DNA of 64,000 nucleotides from the NCBI GenBank assembly GCA_964016885.1, contig OZ024742.1, positions 316,200,001-316,264,000 on the forward strand. Direction: 5' to 3'. Made by a program: the position numbers and the translations under genes. Of the stretch, positions 13,925 to 27,640 are shown one piece after another. The notes under the pieces are model-generated. The model saw only the letters and a program-made list of their open reading frames with translations. It did no database searches and was not told the DNA's origin. Positions within the stretch are counted from its first letter, which is position 1, and each line of letters starts with the position of its first letter. The DNA is from Eledone cirrhosa (Eukaryota).

Positions 13925-14990
13925 GGGGCACACCACTTGTTATTGGCGCGCCTTTGACTGCAACAGTCTGGAATCTGTTTTTAGATAAGTCATGAAGTCA
14001 TTCATCTAATTTTCCATCTATGCGAAAATTACGTAGTTTGTAACACACTTAGTTTTATTGATAGCCTTCGCAAAGTCGAGATATATCACATCCATGTTTG
14101 AGTGACCTAGCAGCTGTTTCAGTCATAATGCTGTTTGAGTTGTGTAAGGCAGCTTATTTTCGGACGAAAGCTATGCCGGGTGTCTCCTAGTAGGCCATTT
14201 TCTTCTTAGAACTTTTGATCAGTTTCTTTCCAACGATTCTTCCCATGACTTTGCTAATATGTAAAATTAGGGAGACAGATTTGTAGTTTTTGCATCTGCT
14301 CTGCTTTCTACTTCATGAATAGGACATACGCTTTCTTTTAGCTTTCCGGAGAGTTTACAACTCGCAAGAGGACCTTGGAAGAGGATCTACAGTGGTTTTG
14401 CTAGGGTTGGTTTGCTGTTTTAAAGACGAATGCTTGGAATCCACCAGAGCCCGCAGCTAAATTAGGTCTCATGGTCCCATTTCATCTATAGCTGATATTT
14501 CATCTTCCTTCTTTATGTATATGTAGTTGTGGTTGCCATTTCTCTATGTAGCCTTGTGGTGTCAAAGAACTAATTTGACTTATATAATTATATGTGCTTC
14601 ATTTGGAGTGTAAAAACACTTTTATATTAATCGTTCAGTGCCTCTCTTATCCATTGGGTGCCTGGGGCCAGTGAACCATTTTAAAGGAAAAGTGGCCCCA
14701 TCTTGCAGTGTACCGAGGCGCTCTCCTTTTCCGAATTTAAAGAAGGCCTTACAGTTTGTTTTTATATTTTATATTGCTCTGGCTTCTCTTTCTGCCTCCT
14801 TCTTTTCATGTGAGAGTCTGATTTCAGTTTCAATTGCAAACAGTACCTGCTACAAGTGAGATTCATTCTTATTCTTTAGCTGTATTTGTAGCTGGTTTGA
14901 GATTTGTATTCTCTGTCTTATATTATTTTTTCTGTTTCTGGGAATAATATTTTTGTGTCTGTTGGCCATTCTCTCCGGGGCAACTTAAAG
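13925..14990 (-). mobile_element. CR1-group LINE reverse transcriptase fossil
   Basis: Minus strand gives AAGSGGF (AxGPDG), NYKSVSLILHISKVMGRIV, RHSFRPKISCLTQL and NMDVIYLDFAKAINK in the canonical order, with stops and frameshifts. Confidence 0.85.
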
Positions 14991-15469
14991 CATTTAATAA
15001 AAATAGCACATCTCGTTCAACAGAAATAAGTTTCGTGATCAGTAAATCTTAATACACGTTCAATCTATTCTAAAATTAACTCATTTCCCTGTGGAAAATA
15101 TTCTCCGTGCTCTTTAGACTTCTTATTTTAATTTGATTTAAAACTTGCAACGAAATGCCGCAAACTACATAACTTAGAACTAAAAGATAAAGAAGGTTTT
15201 CAGAAAATAGAATACATGTAACGAACCACCGACTGCAAAAAGCATCAGAATAGAGACACCAAAGACTTGAAGAATAGTTGTTAGCGATAATCTGAACCCT
15301 CACAGTAATAGCGCCTTCTAGAAAACGAGATAAGACATGATCATCAATGAATAGCGCCATTCATCGAAGAAACTGTGATAAAAGAATGCTGAATATCTTC
15401 CAACACATGGTTATGAATCTCATTAGATTGTCTCCATTGATTCTATGCACCAAGTGTAGAGAAAAATAA

Positions 15470-15814
15470 ATGTATATATAAAGGAGGCGACTTATATTTG
15501 CTTCTTAGGCGGCAAATCGAATCTGAGAATGTTATCAGAGACCACAGAGCCATTACTATTCCTTCTATGTACTATTCATGATTAAAGACATTTCTTTTAA
15601 AACATCCGCGTCTATAGCTGTGCATCGTAACTAGCACCATTTGGAGCTAATATCAGTAATAGAGGTATCATGGCTATTTTAAAAGTCGTAGAACAATAGA
15701 TTCGGTTCCCCGCCTCTTCTTCTTAATAAAGAATGCCAATTTATGTAGTTATATTTTGTTGGACAGCTAATTCTATGAGACTTTAACCAGAGTAAAGCCG
15801 GGTATTTTGGCTAG
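15470..15814 (+). mobile_element. Possible non-autonomous Helitron
   Basis: Ends GCCGGGTATTTTGGCTAG|T, similar to the Helitron end at 37314; the 5' boundary is uncertain. Confidence 0.35.
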
Positions 15815-16978
15815 TTAAAATTTATATATTATTTTATATTATTTTCCAACGTACTTTTACAGCAGTTCCGCACCTTATATTTTTATTACGTTATATTTAG
15901 ATTTTTTTCTAAAATTCTTTACAGTTGCCTAAACATAACTAAAAACCATATGCTGCTATTGTTGTTTAGAGCCAGTTAAGTTTTGATCTAGCACACTCAA
16001 TATCAAAGTCATTTCAACCGTGACCATCGTTTTCGAGGAAACTCGAGTACCGTTCAACCAAGTTACACAATATGAAAAAGATATGGCTCTACTATACATA
16101 TTGAGTCAGCACACCATAAAATGTTTGTTGTTATTTTTGTACGTATAAATCTACAGCACAATGTTTTAAACAGAAATAATAAACATCCTGAAATTTGAAA
16201 GCATGAATTAGATTTAGAATGTATAAGGCACTATTTCCTTTCTTTGCTTTGTTTCTATCAAAACACTGTGAGCTTCCAAAGAAAACATATTTTGGAGGCG
16301 AAAGATGATAAGAAATAATACATTTCGAATAGAAAAAAACCGACCAACATAAAAAGGAGATAAGAATTATTAAAATATTAACCTGTTAATCAATTATATA
16401 CAGTATCTTAACACCCACTCACCACAGGATGCCTATATGTGATAAAAGGGTAATATAATAAACAACAAAGAAAACAAAAAGTAAAAGCCTGCTAAAAAAT
16501 AAATAGCAACTAAACTATCAAAGAACGCTCTCAATGGATGATTTAACACCAAGGGTATCTAAAATGTCCCGAAGAGGGAGCTATTACGTCGTTGCCTGAC
16601 CTGCTAGACATATAAACCAAATTAATCCTTAAATCACAATTTCTTTTTCTTCCTTTTTTTCATGCCACATTGTGTCTGATGGTCGGCAAACATGCAATGA
16701 ACACTTCTAATAGATATGAGTGTATGAGTGTATGTATGTAAAACATATCTTTTATACACAGAGCCTCGTTATTGAAGCATTGTATCAAATATTTTCCCAG
16801 GGAAAACTGTATGGAAGTGAGGTTGACTCGGTCCCCAAATCCCAACTTACTCTCTTAAAAAAAAAAAAGAATTGGACAATGTTGTCTATGATATATCAAA
16901 TTACGGGAATGTCACAACTCGAACATTTTGACCATGTCTGGCCGATCAGAGCTGATGATCAGCTAGACAATAACGAAG

Positions 16979-17245
16979 TAAAGGGACGTAACTCTTTGCG
17001 TCAAAGCATGGCGTCCGACCCTCTACTGATACTGCCAATCCACCGCCTTTGATATAATAATTGTTTCTACTTTTGGCACAAGGCCATCAATTACCCAGTA
17101 CATTACTGGTACTTTATTTTATCGACCCCGTAAGGATGAAAGGCAAAGTTAACCTCGGCGGGATTTGAACTCAGACTGTAAAGGGAGGACGTAACTATGC
17201 TGGAAAGCATGGCGTCCGACTCTCTACCGATACTGCCAATCCACA
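16979..17245 (-). mobile_element. SINE family A: full copy plus adjacent head fragment
   Basis: Family A motifs at 17057-17245 and a second head at 16979-17050. Confidence 0.9.
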
Positions 17246-18249
17246 ATAATAACAATAAGGCAGGAGTTTAAGGGGGCATTAGACAGCAAGGAGTGATGGA
17301 GGAGGAAAGGGGAAAAGAATGGAAATCAGTTGCCGATAAAATTGTCACTCTTAAGTTATTCGACATATGCTTAAATATATATAAAAGATATGAAAATTTA
17401 ATTTTTAATGTAGAATTTTTTACATCAAGTTTACAGTGTGCCTGTCGGGGAGGGGATTTACATGTCATGCTTAAATAAATGTGTGTGTGTGTGCGTTTCT
17501 GAGGGATATATTCTAAATAAGTATAGGAAAACTGTGTAAATTATCCATGGTTTGCAAAACATTTAAAACAGTATTTCATAGTTTAAGTCGTTTCTTCAGC
17601 AGACTTAATATATTATTAAACATTTTAAAAATGTATTATCATTTTATAACATGTATGAACCCTGTGATGTGTGGGAGCAAAGGCATTGTATATACTTATC
17701 TGCTTTTGATGTCCCGCTTTTTTTCTGTTCAGAATATTGTATTTGAATTTGTTATCTTTCGCCACAAAATTGCATTCTTTAGAACCAAACACAGCTTTCA
17801 CATAAAAAAAAAAAAAAAAAATCAGCGTTTCATACATTTTAATTCTATATTTTATGTTGACATTCCAGTTCGAGGCTTTTTATAATTTCTAAGTTTCAGT
17901 CTGCAGAATAATATATAATAAATATGATGCCATGATTATGTATAATAAACACACAAACAATCTCGCTGTGTCTATGTTTTAGCGGTGATTTGATTACAGC
18001 TACGTCACTATTATAAAAGAAACAAACATGTTCTGTATAGGTCCATAAACTCCTTTATTCTGAATCACACTGTGATAGTACAATTGCTTATACATAATTT
18101 TAAAAATTATACATTTTAAAATCAATCTTTGTGAGATTTAATATATGTCTGTGCAAATGATACACAATGACTTGGAATATTTCTAAAGGTGGCCAAAACA
18201 CACATTCTCTAGAGAGGGAACATGCGATTTGATTGTCGCTATTATTAGA

Positions 18250-18372
18250 CTAAGATTTATTTTATCGACATCGGAATGATGAATGACAAAGATGACTTCG
18301 GCTCAAAGGAACGTAACTAAGCATCGCAAGTCGTGTTTAACGACGCTCTATCAATACTGCCACCCACCGTCT
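18250..18372 (-). mobile_element. Degenerate SINE family A-like copy
   Basis: TTTATTTTATCGAC...ATGATGAATGACAAAG...TACTGCC. Confidence 0.55.
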
Positions 18373-18857
18373 TCAATATATATAACAGTATCTTATTAGC
18401 CATTTCTATTTCATTGTTTAATGTATTTTTCATAATTCTATATCAAATGTATTTTTTGTTTTCCCTTGTGATATGTGTATATTAGTATATACAGTGGTTT
18501 TATTTTATTTACTTCAGTATATTTTTCGTGTGTGTATGTTGTATATGCATGCGTGCATTTATTTGTATTTATTTGTGCGTTTATCTATTTTTGCATATGT
18601 GGTGTATTTTTATTAGGGTAGGCTTAGGTAAATCTCCCACAATGTATAAGTAAACGGTAATTCAATTTTGAATTATCCACTTCATTTGACATATTAAATC
18701 ATGGAGTTTTCTTTTTTATATGTTGAATATTATATTCTAAAGTAAACTCTATAACGAGTCATGGTTGTTTATTGATTTTGTTTCTTGGGTGTATATTACT
18801 ATTTTCACTTTATTATATGGTTTCTTATTTATCTACTTATAAACGAATGAAAAAGTA

Positions 18858-19040
18858 TTGGATTGGCAGTATCGGTAGAGGGTCGGACGCCATGCTTTCC
18901 AGCATAGTTACGTCCCTTTACGATCTGAGTTCAAATCCCGCCGAGGTTGACTTTGCCTTTCATCCTTACAGGGTCGATAAAATAAAGTACCAGTAATGAA
19001 CTGGATAATTGCTGGCCTTGTGCCTAAAGTAGAAACAATT
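18858..19040 (+). mobile_element. SINE family A
   Basis: TGGCAGTATCGG...GAGTTCAAATCC...core...GTAGAAACAATT. Confidence 0.92.
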
Positions 19041-20246
19041 ATATGGTTTCTTAAAGTTATAATTGTATCACTGGAGTGAGTAACCGGTGTAAACGCTCCT
19101 TGTCAAATATAGAAGTCAATGAGAGCCTCTACATGATAGCTTGACATGCTTGAAGTAAGACCCTATAGTCTTAAATAAAGAAAAGTATATATTAGAAAAT
19201 GTAGTCTTAAATGTGTTCTGTGCTTGAATGAAAAATGCGGCGTGATTAGGGTTGGCCTAGGGCTATACAACAATTCTGCTTTACTAAAATGTTTCAGTCG
19301 TTATTTAATCCCGTGTGCAACTCAAAAGAATTGATGTTCACGGCTGGAACAGCTTGGATCAAATGCCTGATGGATCAGTGTTGAGGTGGACTAAACAACA
19401 ACTTAAACTGATACAATACGACGTTTGTTTATTGACGATCTAGGCATTGATTGGCTACTTCATCTGATATCCGGGAATGATTGACAATGTCTTGTTTTCT
19501 CAGTCATCACAAGCCGATTTCATCATGCACACTGTAAACACACATTTCGAAAGAGAACTATTTCTTATCAGGGCAATAGAAGGGAGTGCGGGCTATGTTC
19601 CCAAGAAATTTTTGAAATTACTAAATCGAAGGACACTCTATTAATAAAAAACAAAAATTAATTTTAGTATGTAACCATAAAATTAGAAGGACATACAACT
19701 ATTATAAATACAACTAAACAAATATAGAAAAAGATATAGGTGAATAAATGTGTGAGTATGGGTGTGTGTGTGAATATGTATATCTGTGTGTGTATATGTA
19801 TGTATATGCATAAATGTATGCCTATATATAAACATGTGTACTATACATGTGTATATATATTTTTTTTATATTATATATTTTGAGAACAAATTATTCCTCA
19901 CAACAAATAAATAGCTAACTTTTTAAGATTGTTCTATTCCATTCTACTTGATGTAACACACTAATCTCAGTACCCCTTCTCCTCCAACTGTAATCTTCTT
20001 TGGCCATCAATACTTTTATATACAATATGCCTAAACTCATTTACACTAACAACTCTCATTTCTTTTCTTAAAAGATATTTGATACCTTATCCAGTGATGG
20101 CCAATTTATTCATCTACTACCACCAACCTTAAGTATTTATACTGCCCCTTTCCATTCTTAACAATGGTCAATTTCAACCTGGTTATAAAACCTTACCTAT
20201 TCATGTGTATGTTTTCTTTGTATTCTTCAATAAACAAAACTCATTA

Positions 20247-20420
20247 TTGGCAGTATCGGTCGGACGCCATGCTTTGACGCATAGAGTTACGGCCCTTGCC
20301 ATTCTGAGTTCATATCCCGCTGAGGTAACTTTGTCTTTCATCCGTACGGGGTCGATAAAATAAAGTACCAGTAATGTACTGGTTAATTGCGGGCCTTGTG
20401 CCAATAGTAGAAACAATTAT
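20247..20420 (+). mobile_element. SINE family A
   Basis: Same motifs, with a short deletion in the head. Confidence 0.9.
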
Positions 20421-20741
20421 TTCTGAAGACGGCGGGTAGTGAAGACGTATGTATTTTTTTCTCACTATGATATTTTGTAATATGTTTTACATAGATCAAT
20501 AATTGAATGAACATACAGAGAACTACCCCCCCAGAATCGATCGTAAAATAATGTGTTTTACTATGAATTAACAGTTTTGTGTTTAATTTCATTGTTTTAA
20601 TATTTCTATTTTGACTCTGTATCCAATTGAATTATATGGTTGATGAAAAATTTTGTATTTTAAAATTTGCTTCACGACATCTTCTACATACGGATTACAT
20701 TGAGTTCTTTATACGGTGTAGACCCTACCATTGAGTGGGAG

Positions 20742-20800
<59 letters not shown>

Positions 20801-20820
20801 TATATGTATGTATGTGTATG

Positions 20821-20877
<57 letters not shown>

Positions 20878-20909
20878 GTTTACATATATATTATATACAT
20901 ACATATACA

Positions 20910-21226
20910 TATACGTGTTTTGCAACTGGTCACTTTGTGGCTCAATGAAAATTTAATAAATTAAACAATCAGAGGTATATATCATAAAACATGTCTATAG
21001 AATCACAAGATAAAATATATACTATTTCCTCTCCCAATTAGCATATTTAACCATATAAAAAATCGAATAGACCAGGCTATAAGAATGAGGCTTCTATGAA
21101 GTAATCTCCGACAAATAACTGAAACTAGCGCTTCGCGTCGGCCGTAGCGGAATATTTATCGAATATTTCGACAGCGTAATCGCCCAGATATAGTCAACTA
21201 AACAGAATTAGGTGTAAGATAAACTA

Positions 21227-21230
<4 letters not shown>
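20910..21230 (+). mobile_element. TA-flanked interspersed repeat related to 28371-28700
   Basis: AGATAAAATATATAC..TATTTCCTCTCCCAAT..TTAACCA..AGGCTATAAG is shared with 28390-28470; its 5' part matches the reverse complement of about 28620-28695. Confidence 0.65.
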
Positions 21231-21289
<59 letters not shown>

Positions 21290-21762
21290 TACATATATAT
21301 ATATACACACATACATATATAAACATATATATATATACACACATACATATATATATATACATATATATATATGAAGACTAAAATCCGAAGCAGCGATTCT
21401 TTGCTTAAACTTTAATCTGTATTTTAATATATATATATATTCAGAATTTAGTCTTCACATTTATTATTATTACTATATATATATGTGTGTGTGTGTATGT
21501 GTGCGTGTGCGTGTGTGCGTGTGTGCGTGTGTGCATTTGTAATTTACAAGTGACATTTAGTGTTATTTTCTAACACAATCTGCTACATTCTGAAAAAATT
21601 GTGCTATTTTTTATGAAGTTGATTTGGTAACTGTGGCCTGGAGAGCAATGGAAATAGAGCAGAGACTGCTTCGTTTGGTCAATAGAGAGAGCTATTGTTT
21701 GCAAGCAGGAATATTTACAAGATAACATCCTCATATCCTTGATATTAATAACTTCTTCTTCT

Positions 21763-21870
<108 letters not shown>

Positions 21871-21973
21871 GAGTTAAACAAGGTTCAATGAGTACATCAA
21901 AGAATGAGTTTTACAGTAGATTGGAAGCACTCTACAAAAAAAATAATTTTCCAGAGTTATTAACATTAAAATA

Positions 21974-22161
21974 GGGCGGTGGATTGGCAGTATCGGGAGA
22001 GGGTCGGACGCCATGCTTTCCAGCATAGTTACGTCCCTTTACGATCTGAGTTCAAATCCCGCCGAGGTTGACTTTGTCTTTCATCCTTACGGGGTCGATA
22101 AAATAAAGTACCAGTAATGAACTGGCTAATTGCTGGCCTTGTGCCTAAAGTAGAAACAATT
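21974..22161 (+). mobile_element. SINE family A (full length)
   Basis: GGGCGGTGGATTGGCAGTATCGG...GAGTTCAAATCCC...AAAGTAGAAACAATT. Confidence 0.93.
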
Positions 22162-22178
22162 ATATATATATATATACA

Positions 22179-22277
<99 letters not shown>
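22179..22277 (+). repeat. (TATC)n microsatellite
   Basis: Perfect tetranucleotide run. Confidence 0.95.
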
Positions 22278-22510
22278 ATAATCTAGCTGTCGTCTGTTCT
22301 ACAGTGTGGATGTCATTCACTTCGCACAGAAGTTTTGTTCAAATTTATTGAGGAAATTTTGTGAGTTCAAACTTAATTTTGATACAATTGTGTAGCTTGA
22401 CCCTCCGTCTGAACTGTCAGGCGGTGGGTCAACTCATCTTTACCCCTCCTAGAGGTGAAAAACCTGTTTTAAAAAATTTTGTGTAAAAAAATTTCAATCG
22501 TCTAACAGAA

Positions 22511-24175
22511 ATGTTAAACGCAGCGAACGAAAATAGTGGTGGGGGGACAGCGGTAAGAGTTGTAAGCTCGCACGCTTTAGTCCCCCCTTCCTTCCCAACT
22601 AACGTCATAGAGAAGGAAGGAAAAATTAAAATAAAAACAGACGAATCTGCGGAGAAAAAATTAAATGACGAAAACACAAATCTGGACTTGGATTCCAACA
22701 ACGAAAAAAAAAAAATTTGAAAAATTGCATGACAATACTAATAACACAAACAAAGACACAACAAACACAAAAATAACAGTTGAAAATAACACCATATCAG
22801 AAAACAAAGCAGACGACAAGATTTCATTTGCACAGAAAACAAAGAAATCTTTGACTTATATAGCGGAAAACATTTCAGATGTGGTACGAAGGATCACGGA
22901 CGCCAAACAATACATAAGTGAAGGAGAGAATGGTATTTTATCGGTAAAAATGCCTCAAGAATTCACGAAAGACATTGAAAGCCGAACGGTCAAGTTTCGG
23001 ACCATCAACAACAGTACAAAAAAACCTGAACAGCCTTCTCAAGCAGATATCAAAACAGTACTCACAGAAGTACTTAATGAAACCACTTTCATAAGAAAAG
23101 ACAGACTGTATGGAAGCCTAGCAATTATCATGAAGAACGAATCGGCGGCAAAAAAATGTGCTTTGTCACCGATTCGTTCGAAAAATTTCACCTTTTATCC
23201 ATCTTATATGGGGAAAAGAACTCAACGCATATAGCTGGATGCAATGATGCCAGATGTGGACTACTGCTGGCTCATAGCTGGCTTCATCGATCCAGTGAAT
23301 GACAACGTGATTTCCATTGGGAAAACCACAGGCAATGCGTTCAGTGGAACAGGTATAGAGCTGGTAGTACAAATGAAGCCTGAACGCATCGCCCAAATAC
23401 CCGACAGAATCCTATTAGAGGACCACGGGTATATAAACATTAGCGTGGAGGGGAGAAGGCCGTCCTGCCATATCTGTGCAGGCAGAGGGCACCTGAAGGC
23501 CGCTTGTCCCCAACTCAACAAAAAGAAAACCCTGCTACCAACACCAGCTCCACCACCACCACCACAACAGATAAACAAACAACAAAACTCAGTCCCACCC
23601 AACCCGTCCCTCAGTAAAACCACAACACCACCACAACACAAACAGTCACAACACATTACCCCAAAACAAAATACAGGCCCACGCAACCTCTCACTCAATA
23701 AAACAACACAACCACCGCAGACACAACACACAACACAGTCTAACATAGTGACATCCATCTCCCCCACAAAGAAAACCAACACGGAAACATTACCAGCAAA
23801 CATACCTCTTCCCTCCAACACTGAAGATAACCCAACGAATTCGGAGGAAGAAACGGAGTCCTTCAGACAGATTAAAAGGAAAAAAAGAAAACATGTGCAA
23901 AACACACAAGGACAAACAACCCCCACCCAAATCTCAACACAATCCAACAAAACAGAAAACACCCCTCCAGCAACAAACAAAACCAAACCTGCCCCTCCCC
24001 TCTTCGAATCACTCACACCATCGGAAAAAAAGACATTACACTATACTTACATCAACAGAAACAATAATAAATTAAATGAGCTCATATACAATAATCCTTC
24101 GGTACAAACCGAAGGTGTAAACTTTGTTTCGTCAGAAAACTACCCACATTTAAAACTAATAAAGATCCCAATGAA
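22511..24175 (+). pseudogene. Non-LTR retrotransposon ORF1 (Gag-like, CCHC knuckle; probably Tx1/L1 type), disrupted and cut by the gap
   Basis: CHICAGRGHLKAAC (C-x2-C-x4-H-x4-C) at 23466-23507, preceded by VEGRRPS; Pro/Thr/Gln-rich tail with basic KRKKRK; frameshift in the A-run near 22705-22715 and an in-frame TAG at 23232-23234. Confidence 0.8.
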
Positions 24176-24375
24176 NNNNNNNNNNNNNNNNNNNNNNNNN
24201 NNNNNNNNNNNNNNNNNNNNNNNNNNNNNNNNNNNNNNNNNNNNNNNNNNNNNNNNNNNNNNNNNNNNNNNNNNNNNNNNNNNNNNNNNNNNNNNNNNNN
24301 NNNNNNNNNNNNNNNNNNNNNNNNNNNNNNNNNNNNNNNNNNNNNNNNNNNNNNNNNNNNNNNNNNNNNNNNNNN
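24176..24375. other. Assembly gap (200 N)
   Basis: Run of 200 N; true distance unknown. Confidence 1.
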
Positions 24376-24377
24376 GA

Positions 24378-24413
<36 letters not shown>

Positions 24414-24740
24414 GTGTGGAATTAGAGGGTAATATTGTTTTCTTTCTCCTCACCCTCTCTATCTTTGCCTACTGACGTCACTACACTATCTGGTTGGCTC
24501 CGATAGAGAAAAACGGCATTTCCGGTCGAAAGTTTTAAGGATGTGGAGGACGTAATAAAAATTACTCTCACTTCTCCCCACTTTGCCTCTCTCGTTCTCT
24601 GTTACTCAGTTACTAATATCTCTCCTATAATTACAATTTGCTTCTCTCTATCACCCGCTCTTTCTCCCTCCCACACCTCTCTTTCACTCTCTCTATATAT
24701 ATTTATATAAGTACATATTTGTATATGCACGCTTATATAT

Positions 24741-24788
<48 letters not shown>

Positions 24789-24850
24789 CTTATATAATTA
24801 CGTATTAAGTGAGCACTCATGCCTACACACATATATATATAGAGATATAT

Positions 24851-25631
24851 AATTGTTTCTACTTTTTGGCACAAGGCCAGCAATTTCCCAGTGCATTACT
24901 GGTACGTTATTTTATCGACCCCGTAAGGATGAAAGGCAAAGTTAACCTCAGCGGGATTTGAACTCAGATCGTTAAGGGACGTAACTATGCTGGAAAGCAT
25001 GGCGTCCGACATATATAGATAATTTTTTTTTCTACTATTGGCACAAGGCCAGCAATTAACCAGTGTATTACTGGTACTTTATTTTATCGACCCCGTAAGG
25101 ACGAAAGGCAAAGTTAACCTCGGCGGGATTTGAACTCAGAATGGCAAGGGCCGTAACTATATGCGTCAAAGCAAGGCGTCCGGCCCTCTACCGATACTGC
25201 CAATTCACCGCCCCATATAGATATATAATGGTTTCAAATTTAGGCACAAGGCCAACAATGTGTGGGGAGGGGAAGGTGATTACATTGACCCCAAGAAATG
25301 ATAGGTACTTTAATTTATCGAAATTGAAGCAAAGTTGACCTCGGCAGGATTTGAACTCACGACGTAAACAGTCGGAATAAATGCCAGAATGTATTTCGTC
25401 TGACATATAATAATGATTTCTTATATAGGCACAAGGCCAGCATTTTTTGGGGAGGGGAAAGTCGATTAAATCGACCCCAGCGCGTGACTGGTACTTTATT
25501 TTATCGACCCCGTAAGGATGAAAGGCAAAGTTAACCTCGGCGGGATTTGAACTCAGATCATAAAGGGGCGTAACTCTATGCTGAAAAGCATGGCGTCCGA
25601 CCCTCTACCGATACTGCCAATCCACCGCCCT
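24851..25631 (-). mobile_element. Cluster of four head-to-tail SINE copies (family A and a relative)
   Basis: Copies at about 24851-25010, 25020-25215, 25227-25405 and 25415-25631. Confidence 0.9.
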
Positions 25632-25792
25632 TATATAATAATAATAACAACAACAACATATAATAATAATAACAACAACAACAATAATGATAATTTCTTT
25701 TTTTATTTTAAATATGATATATATTTTATTTTCAAAATCCCTGCTATTAAAAAAAAACCTAAGTGGATCTATTAAGTCGTTATTTTCACCCA

Positions 25793-25980
25793 GGCGGTGG
25801 ATTGGCAGTATCGGTAGAGGGTCGGACACCATGCTTTGACGCATAGAGTTACGGCCATTGCCATTCTGTGTTCAAATCCCGCCGAGGTTAACTTTGCCTT
25901 TCATCCTTACGGGATCGATAAAATAAAGTACCAGTAATGCACTGGTAAATTGCTGGCCTTGTGCTAAAAGTAGAAACAGT
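25793..25980 (+). mobile_element. SINE family A, inverted relative to the preceding cluster
   Basis: Full head, core and tail. Confidence 0.92.
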
Positions 25981-26539
25981 TATTTACACCCATTTAGGAA
26001 AACATCGAGTAGCAACAACAGCCGCAGAGCTTACATAACTAACCGCCAGATAAACTAAAAATCTAGGAATATATTATACTAAATGCTAGTCCACTTCTGT
26101 ATCGTTATTTCACATTTTCAACGGTTAGGTAACCTTTTTATTAATTTGTTAAATATTTTCATCACTTCTGTGATCTTATTAATGTCTGTTAATCTCGGAC
26201 TGATTTTCTTCTTACGTAATCAAATATTGTTTCTATGTTGTCAAGCATGAGTGTGTGTGAGAGTGTATGGGAGGGTGTGTGAATGTGTGTGTGTATGAGT
26301 GTGTATGTGAGTTATTGTGCGTGTGTGTGAATGGGTGTTAGTGTGTGGGTGTTAGTGTGGGTGTTACTATTTCGTTTTCACTTAGTTGATCAATCATTTA
26401 CGTTTTCATTTGTTTTCTTTTAGCTGTTGCCATCATAAGGTTTATGTGTGTATGTGTGCGTATATGTAATTTGTATGATGTGTGTGCATGTAATTTGTAT
26501 GATATGTGTGTATGTAATTTGTATGATGTGTGTGCATGT

Positions 26540-26697
26540 ACGCCATGCTTTGCAGCAATGAGTTATGGCCCTTTATGGTCTGAGTTTAAATCCCACCGAG
26601 ATTAACTTTGCCTTTCATCCTTACGGGGTCGATAAAATAAAGTACCAGTAATGCACTGGGTATTTGCTGGCCTTGTGCCAAAAGTAGAAACAATTAT
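26540..26697 (+). mobile_element. SINE family A (5'-truncated)
   Basis: Core and tail motifs present. Confidence 0.88.
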
Positions 26698-27104
26698 TTA
26701 GTATACTACATTCATTTGATTCGGCCTTAAAATTCTGAGAATTGCATGCAATATCTTCTCAAATCCCGGGATGGACACATACGGAATATATTCCTCATCA
26801 CTCTTACTAGATCAGCAATTAAAATGTTTATTTTCGCATTTGTTGACATTGCAGAATTATGGATGTTTAAGTGTTTAGTGACCATGGATTTCGTATCATA
26901 TGATTGGAGTAATCGTACTTTGTTATTTCACATTTTCAGCCATAGTTCGATATCTAGATCAGGTAGTAGTTTGTTAAGATTTTTTGAAGGGATAGTCGAT
27001 GATGAACTTGATGCTTTGGTGGAAGAACTTTCTTTGTTTGATCCTCTAACTGTGTGTGCAGTTGTTTCAAACACAAGATTTGTGTCATCGTTATATCAAA
27101 AATA

Positions 27105-27145
<41 letters not shown>

Positions 27146-27463
27146 ATGTAGAAAGGTAGCACATGAGTTGATATATATAAAAACAAATAATGGCTTTAGC
27201 AGGAAGGATGGACTGACAAAATGACTTTCTTCTCTGGAGGGTCACGTATGTGAAAATTAACTTTTCTTCCCCTCTTTATATTTTTTTGTTATTGTCATTA
27301 TTTTCAGTATTTGTACAAATATGCAACTTAATATTCTGCATATCCGCAATTGCAATGCATTTAATGCTGAAACCGGTATTGTAAATAAAGTAATGCTTTC
27401 AAATTTCACTAAAAATATCTCTTCAACATTTTCTACAGAAAAATATCTTCCTTTCTACTATTT

Positions 27464-27640
<177 letters not shown>

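Noticed and set aside
21974-22075. tRNA gene
   Set aside because: A and B boxes are present but there is no cloverleaf, and the sequence runs into a SINE body found in many copies.
23261-24016. 251-aa Cys/Val/Gly-rich minus ORF, and antisense ORFs at 11059-12344
   Set aside because: They are shadow frames of LINE ORF1 and the RTE ORF2.
24082-24453. ORFs spanning the N run
   Set aside because: Artefact of translating through the gap.
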